This document shows, piece by piece, positions 63,285-64,000 of a stretch of DNA of 64,000 bases (within the stretch, counting starts at the first letter, position 1; each line of letters starts with the position of its first letter). The position numbers and the translations under genes are program-made. The stretch is taken from the IMG/VR virus record IMGVR_UViG_3300037805_000644, positions 1 through 64,000 of that record. The stretch is one strand, 5' to 3'. The notes under the pieces were generated by a model. That model made no database searches and was not told the DNA's origin. It saw only the letters and a list, made by a program, of their open reading frames with translations.

Positions 63285-64000
63285 TCACACCTCTGAGAGG
63301 CGAAGGACCTCCATGCGAACCAGCCCGCGCCGACGACCAAGAGAGGTGCCGGGGGTCGCTGCACCGACGAACGTCGCGCCGTCGTGCTCATTTTCCAGGT
63401 TGTACAGGTCGCCGCCCGATGTTCCTCGCATCGTGACCTTGACCAGCACAGGGACCTCATTTGAGGGGGAGTCGCCGCCGTCGTAGTTTCCACCGATGGC
63501 ACCGACATTCTTGAACAAGTTCACTGCCGGTCCGACATTGCACTTGACCTGGCAGTAAACCATACCCGAGGCGTCATCCACCCCGTCAAAGGTCTTGGGG
63601 CCTGCAACCTGGCAGCCGCCACCATCCAGTGCCACATCCTGCTTGGAGGGGCCTGCGCCATCGGCACGCCCAACATCCATCCAGGTCGTCAGACCAGGAA
63701 CCTTGAGGAGCACTGAGACTCTACCGTCTTCTTGGCCACCAGGGCCTGGTGCGGCATAGGTGAGATCTCGAAGCTGCACACCCAGAAGCTTGAGGTAGAC
63801 GAACGGCTGCCCGTCCACACCCACCTCCGGGGAAGCATCCTTGCTGAACGCGGCATCAAAGGTGCGCAGGTATGTCAGCACGTCGTCCACTGCGGGGAAC
63901 GCTGAGTAATCCGGCTGGTTGCCCGTGAAGTCCGTGCCCCCGTCCGTGTTGCCCAGCGGACGGGTGAGCGGATCCCGCAGATCGTCCTGCGGGTACATGA
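63285..64000 (-). CDS. C-terminal part of a structural protein (probably truncated by the window)
   Basis: Open to the window edge; composition like neighbouring genes. Confidence 0.6.
   Translation of the reverse strand, partial: MYPQDDLRDPLTRPLGNTDGGTDFTGNQPDYSAFPAVDDVLTYLRTFDAAFSKDASPEVGVDGQPFVYLKLLGVQLRDLTYAAPGPGGQEDGRVSVLLKVPGLTTWMDVGRADGAGPSKQDVALDGGGCQVAGPKTFDGVDDASGMVYCQVKCNVGPAVNLFKNVGAIGGNYDGGDSPSNEVPVLVKVTMRGTSGGDLYNLENEHDGATFVGAATPGTSLGRRRGLVRMEVLRLSEV

Noticed and set aside
1-64000. tRNA/rRNA genes, integrase, transposase, reverse transcriptase or DGR
   Set aside because: None recognised by eye; tRNAscan-SE, Infernal and HMM searches would be needed to exclude them

Overview
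This 64 kb window is GC-rich (roughly 60-65% by eye), gene-dense and mostly minus-strand. It looks like part of a large (jumbo-like) dsDNA bacteriophage, possibly of Myxococcota (inference). Nucleotide metabolism: deoxynucleoside kinase and an intein-containing thymidine kinase. Replication: family A DNA polymerase, stand-alone primase Zn-finger, DnaB-like helicase, degenerate loader, SNF2 helicase and DEDDh exonuclease. Also present: DNA methyltransferases, five homing-endonuclease-type elements, a divergent sigma-like gene, many small early-type genes behind a recurrent GGTAAC-N14/15-TAGTAG motif, and very large virion proteins at the right end. The most unusual feature is a beta-class amino-methyltransferase fractured into three ORFs in scrambled order. 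Its catalytic fragment is interrupted right after DPPYE by an 11-nt stop-containing gap between matched GAG codons. A perfect 15-bp hairpin ends on the take-off codon, and a Vsr-like homing endonuclease lies head-to-head with the gene. This is a candidate programmed ribosomal bypass / homing cassette reminiscent of T4 gene 60-mobA. All calls come from motif reading only; no searches were run. Several 1-2 nt frameshifts in small genes may be assembly errors.
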